Of a DNA stretch of 64,000 nucleotides, positions 61,105-64,000 are shown piece by piece. The translations under genes and the position numbers were made by a program. Under the pieces are notes generated by a model. It was not told the origin of the DNA, searched no databases, and was given only the letters and a program-made list of their open reading frames with translations. The stretch is from Pyrinomonadaceae bacterium (GTDB lineage Bacteria > Acidobacteriota > Blastocatellia > Pyrinomonadales > Pyrinomonadaceae): the NCBI GenBank assembly GCA_041745615.1, contig JBGTIP010000017.1:48420-112419 (forward strand), read 5' to 3'. Every line of letters starts with the position of its first letter. Positions within the stretch are counted from its first letter, which is position 1.

Positions 61105-64000
61105 TTATTCGAAGCCAACAAAATCAAGATTCGAAAGATTATTTGATAGATTCACCTGCTGTGTTTGGAATCTGTACCTCTTACTGGCAACAGACACCAC
61201 GTACCCGCTGCCCACGGGGATGTTTTCGAACTGATAATAGCCTAGCGAACTCGACAGGACCTTGATCGGCACGCCCTGTCCAGTGTCGAGCGATACAACC
61301 GCGTTCCGCAGGCCTCCGCCCTGAGGGGTCGTGACACGGCCCGAAATACTTGCAATTGTCGGAGGAGGCGGTACAGCGCATTCGAAGCTTGTGACAAAAG
61401 CCGCTCCGATCAGTGAAATGCTGTCAAAGTGCCAGCCCACTTCGGCAGTGTTATCATCAGCCCCGAATCGCCATCTCAGCTGAACAAGCTTGCCGGCCGC
61501 ATCCGGTGGCAGTTGGGCTACAGTAGTTATGTACCCGGACGAATTGCCGTTCCATGAGGCCCTTCCGGCGAGCGGGTTATTTGTTCCCGGGCCTAACATG
61601 CCGTTGTATCCATTCTGTTGGAATGAACCTCCCGCCGCTAATATATCCTTGAACTTACCTCCGGAGATACTCAGCTCCAGAACACCGCCATCCCAATCCT
61701 TTTCAGTATTGTAATTATTCCTAAACGAAAGCTGAGCAGTTGGCGATGTGACAAAGATCGGCGGTGACGTCAGATTGGTTCCCCCTCCGACGGTCAACGG
61801 GTCCAATGCAAACATAGAGTTGGGCGGCGTGTCAGGTAGAGCAGACGATGTGACGAAGTTTACTCCTCCCTGGATAGCTTCCGCTGTCCATCCCGCAGGA
61901 ATTGCGGGAGCTGTGACGCCGTCAAAGTTCTCGATCGGAATAGTGCCGGCTGGTTTTCCTATGAAGATCTCCCGCACAAAACTTACCGGTCCGAGACTGC
62001 TGTTTACGTTGATCGTTACGGATATTGCTCCGCCGCATGGTGCGTCGGACGGGACAGTAAATGTCACCTGCGGATTGATCGTCGACGTTCCGGCGATAGA
62101 TCCCAGATTGGCCGAACTGCCGCCTACGACGTCTATAGTAACGCCGGATGCGAGATTCCCGGTATTGTTTGTGATCGGGATCGTTAAGGTGATTATCTCG
62201 CCCGGTTCAGGAAATCCGTCATTATCCCCCGAGGCATCGCTTATCAAAATATTCTCGCTTTGAGTAAGATTCGGCAGCTCGAAAGATTGAGTGACACGGG
62301 CCGTTCCAGTACCCCCGGTAGAGTTGCCGCCGGGATTCTGTACGCTGGCCCCCGCGCCGAGGCCGCGAAGGGCAAAGCCGGCCCATACGTCGGCAACGTC
62401 CGACGGAGTGCCGCTGGCGACGACAGCCGCAATAATAGAGTCCCTTGCGTCTACAAAGGTTGGAGTAAGCGGCGAAAGCTTCATCCCGTCGACGACGAAC
62501 TGCATGATCCTGCGATTACCGACCTCCCATCCAAGCCGCGTAATAAATCGTGCACGTACTTCCCATAGCATGTTGCACCAGATCTCGCCCTGATTATGAA
62601 GCTGGTCCGGCGTATTATTGAATCGTGGTGCGAAGGCACCGTCCGACAGATCGAACTGAGTAATGTCGAGATCAGCGAATGTCAAGGGATTGTGAGGTTT
62701 GCCGTTCGCACCGACCGAACTCATTCGAGCGGTGGGAAAGCGTCGGATACCGTAGTAATTATTCGGAGAAATAGAGGGCGGCAAAAGAAATCGTGCCATC
62801 GAGTAAGCCGCAACCGTATAGATACCGTCCAACGGATCATCGGGGTGTGAAAGCATGGCCAGGGCGAAAAAGTCCGACCAGCCCTCTCCCATTCCCCGCG
62901 ACATATCGCCTGTGAGACCTAAGCTGTTTCCATGCAGCCGGTTAGACAAGCCGTGCGTAAGTTCGTGGATAACGATTTCTCCGTCAAGGCTGCCGTCAAT
63001 ATTAGGATTAGTGAGATTCCACAAAAACATCTGCATCCGGCCTCGGGTACCGTCACCGGGCGAGGTAAACGTTGCATTATTGTTACCGTTGTAATCCTGT
63101 GCTTCGGCGCTGATCCGGTCATTTCCCAACCCCTGTCCGGTGAAATTTACATTCTGGAAGTTTCGGGCAGCCTCGGTAAAGCCGAGCCTGTAGGCCTCGT
63201 CGTGGAACCAATTTGTTATATAAAAAAGCTGCGTGACTGCACCTTTTTGATATTCCGGCTGCAGGGGGCCATCGCCGGTCCCGTTATTGGGGTTGAAAGG
63301 GTTATATTCGAAGGTGAAGTTCCGTGTCGGGCTGAACGCCTCAGTGCCAGGTTCGATGCCGTTGGGTGCTTCGCGATCAAGTCCGGCCTGCACGTTATTG
63401 CCGTCTGTCTTCGTATCTCCGTCAGTGATCCATCCCAGCTGGTTAAATTGATATGGGGGCTCGTTGCCAATACGCGTGACGGCAGTGCGGGAAATGCCCG
63501 CTCCCTGAGCTCCGTTCGGCGAGGTGGGCCCGGGGGAAAATGGAAACGGACTGTTCGCAACGTTCATAAACGCGCCCGGTTTTGTGTAAACACTATAAGT
63601 CGCGGGCTGGGTCTGGTACTCGCTCAGATTCTTGCGCCAGAGTACCGTGCCTTTTTTCGCATCAACCGTAACGTAATAGGCACTATCATCTGTCCAAATG
63701 AGAACTTGCCATGCCGGAACGGCGACCCCTGCCTCGGTTGGGAAATAGATCATTTCAGCCGTCGGAGCAAAATCACCCTCTCCGAAAGTGACCTTGGTAC
63801 CCTCAACGCTATAGCTGCTTGATTGCGCAAGTTGCGCAGTTTCGAGTTCGCCGATATTGTTGGCCGCAATGTTCAAAGCGTCCAGCGGTTCGCCAAAGTC
63901 AGTAGAAACTTCATTTTCCTCAAGGCCGGGAGCAAAGTTGCTGATCACTCGAAACATCTCGCCGCCCTTTGTGAAGCCGGCCCTGACCTCACCCCGGAAT
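61105..64000 (-). CDS. M36 (fungalysin-type) zinc metalloprotease with extra beta-rich domains and a C-terminal CarboxypepD_reg-like domain; N-terminus probably beyond the right edge
   Basis: HELTHGLSNRLHGN (HExxH) and GMGEGWSDFFA are fungalysin signatures. The frame stays open upstream of the first Met (63957) up to position 63999 (FRGEVRAGFTKGGE-M...), so the propeptide and signal are likely outside the window. Confidence 0.8.
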   Translation of the reverse strand, partial: FRGEVRAGFTKGGEMFRVISNFAPGLEENEVSTDFGEPLDALNIAANNIGELETAQLAQSSSYSVEGTKVTFGEGDFAPTAEMIYFPTEAGVAVPAWQVLIWTDDSAYYVTVDAKKGTVLWRKNLSEYQTQPATYSVYTKPGAFMNVANSPFPFSPGPTSPNGAQGAGISRTAVTRIGNEPPYQFNQLGWITDGDTKTDGNNVQAGLDREAPNGIEPGTEAFSPTRNFTFEYNPFNPNNGTGDGPLQPEYQKGAVTQLFYITNWFHDEAYRLGFTEAARNFQNVNFTGQGLGNDRISAEAQDYNGNNNATFTSPGDGTRGRMQMFLWNLTNPNIDGSLDGEIVIHELTHGLSNRLHGNSLGLTGDMSRGMGEGWSDFFALAMLSHPDDPLDGIYTVAAYSMARFLLPPSISPNNYYGIRRFPTARMSSVGANGKPHNPLTFADLDITQFDLSDGAFAPRFNNTPDQLHNQGEIWCNMLWEVRARFITRLGWEVGNRRIMQFVVDGMKLSPLTPTFVDARDSIIAAVVASGTPSDVADVWAGFALRGLGAGASVQNPGGNSTGGTGTARVTQSFELPNLTQSENILISDASGDNDGFPEPGEIITLTIPITNNTGNLASGVTIDVVGGSSANLGSIAGTSTINPQVTFTVPSDAPCGGAISVTINVNSSLGPVSFVREIFIGKPAGTIPIENFDGVTAPAIPAGWTAEAIQGGVNFVTSSALPDTPPNSMFALDPLTVGGGTNLTSPPIFVTSPTAQLSFRNNYNTEKDWDGGVLELSISGGKFKDILAAGGSFQQNGYNGMLGPGTNNPLAGRASWNGNSSGYITTVAQLPPDAAGKLVQLRWRFGADDNTAEVGWHFDSISLIGAAFVTSFECAVPPPPTIASISGRVTTPQGGGLRNAVVSLDTGQGVPIKVLSSSLGYYQFENIPVGSGYVVSVASKRYRFQTQQVNLSNNLSNLDFVGFE

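Noticed and set aside
62932-63822. 296-aa plus-strand ORF
   Set aside because: It is antisense to the M36 protease gene (HExxH and EGWSD motifs on the minus strand).

Overview
A 64 kb chromosomal segment. The gene content suggests Acidobacteriota: a giant CarboxypepD_reg-type TonB-dependent receptor, a DUF1501/DUF1800 pair, Ser/Thr kinases fused to TolB-like/TPR sensor modules, and an M36 protease. This taxon call is an inference, not a search result. I support about 45 protein genes, one tRNA-Thr(UGU), several hairpin terminators and a few promoter-like sites. Functional blocks: (i) 0-6 kb housekeeping and accessory genes (S55-like protease fragment, alpha/beta-fold protein, Lon-N domain plus SbcD/Mre11-like nuclease, B12-radical SAM, LecA-like lectin). 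(ii) 6.2-9.6 kb is the most irregular part. It holds heptanucleotide tandem arrays, a locally GC-richer orphan RepA/AAA_25-like ATPase-HTH gene, a Ser/Thr-kinase gene fragment, an HTH-only Fis-type protein, a sigma54-type promoter and a truncated receptor ORF ahead of a 1296-aa TonB-dependent receptor. (iii) A reductive pyrimidine catabolism gene set is scattered over 21.7-51.4 kb (class III aminotransferase, dihydropyrimidinase, NCS1 permease, mmsA, nitrilase-type beta-ureidopropionase, preT, preA). preT and preA are separated by three unrelated genes. (iv) 29.8-40.3 kb is a sensor-kinase paralog island. It contains a ~1.5 kb internal direct repeat, an AT-rich portion and several gene stumps showing that a serine-hydrolase gene replaced the body of a kinase-TPR paralog. 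(v) A split APH-kinase/acyl-CoA dehydrogenase pair (ACAD10/11-like). (vi) pilMNOPQ. (vii) Two adjacent secreted proteins (a CxxCH protein and an M36 metalloprotease) share a C-terminal domain. I saw no CRISPR array, rRNA, transposase, integrase or canonical defence system. Nothing here can be asserted as a new system from sequence alone. The best candidates for follow-up are the 6.2-9.6 kb region, the heptad-repeat family, the cassette replacement at 38.9-40.3 kb and the shared C-terminal module at 60-61.4 kb. All family assignments rest on motif recognition by eye and need HMM or BLAST confirmation.
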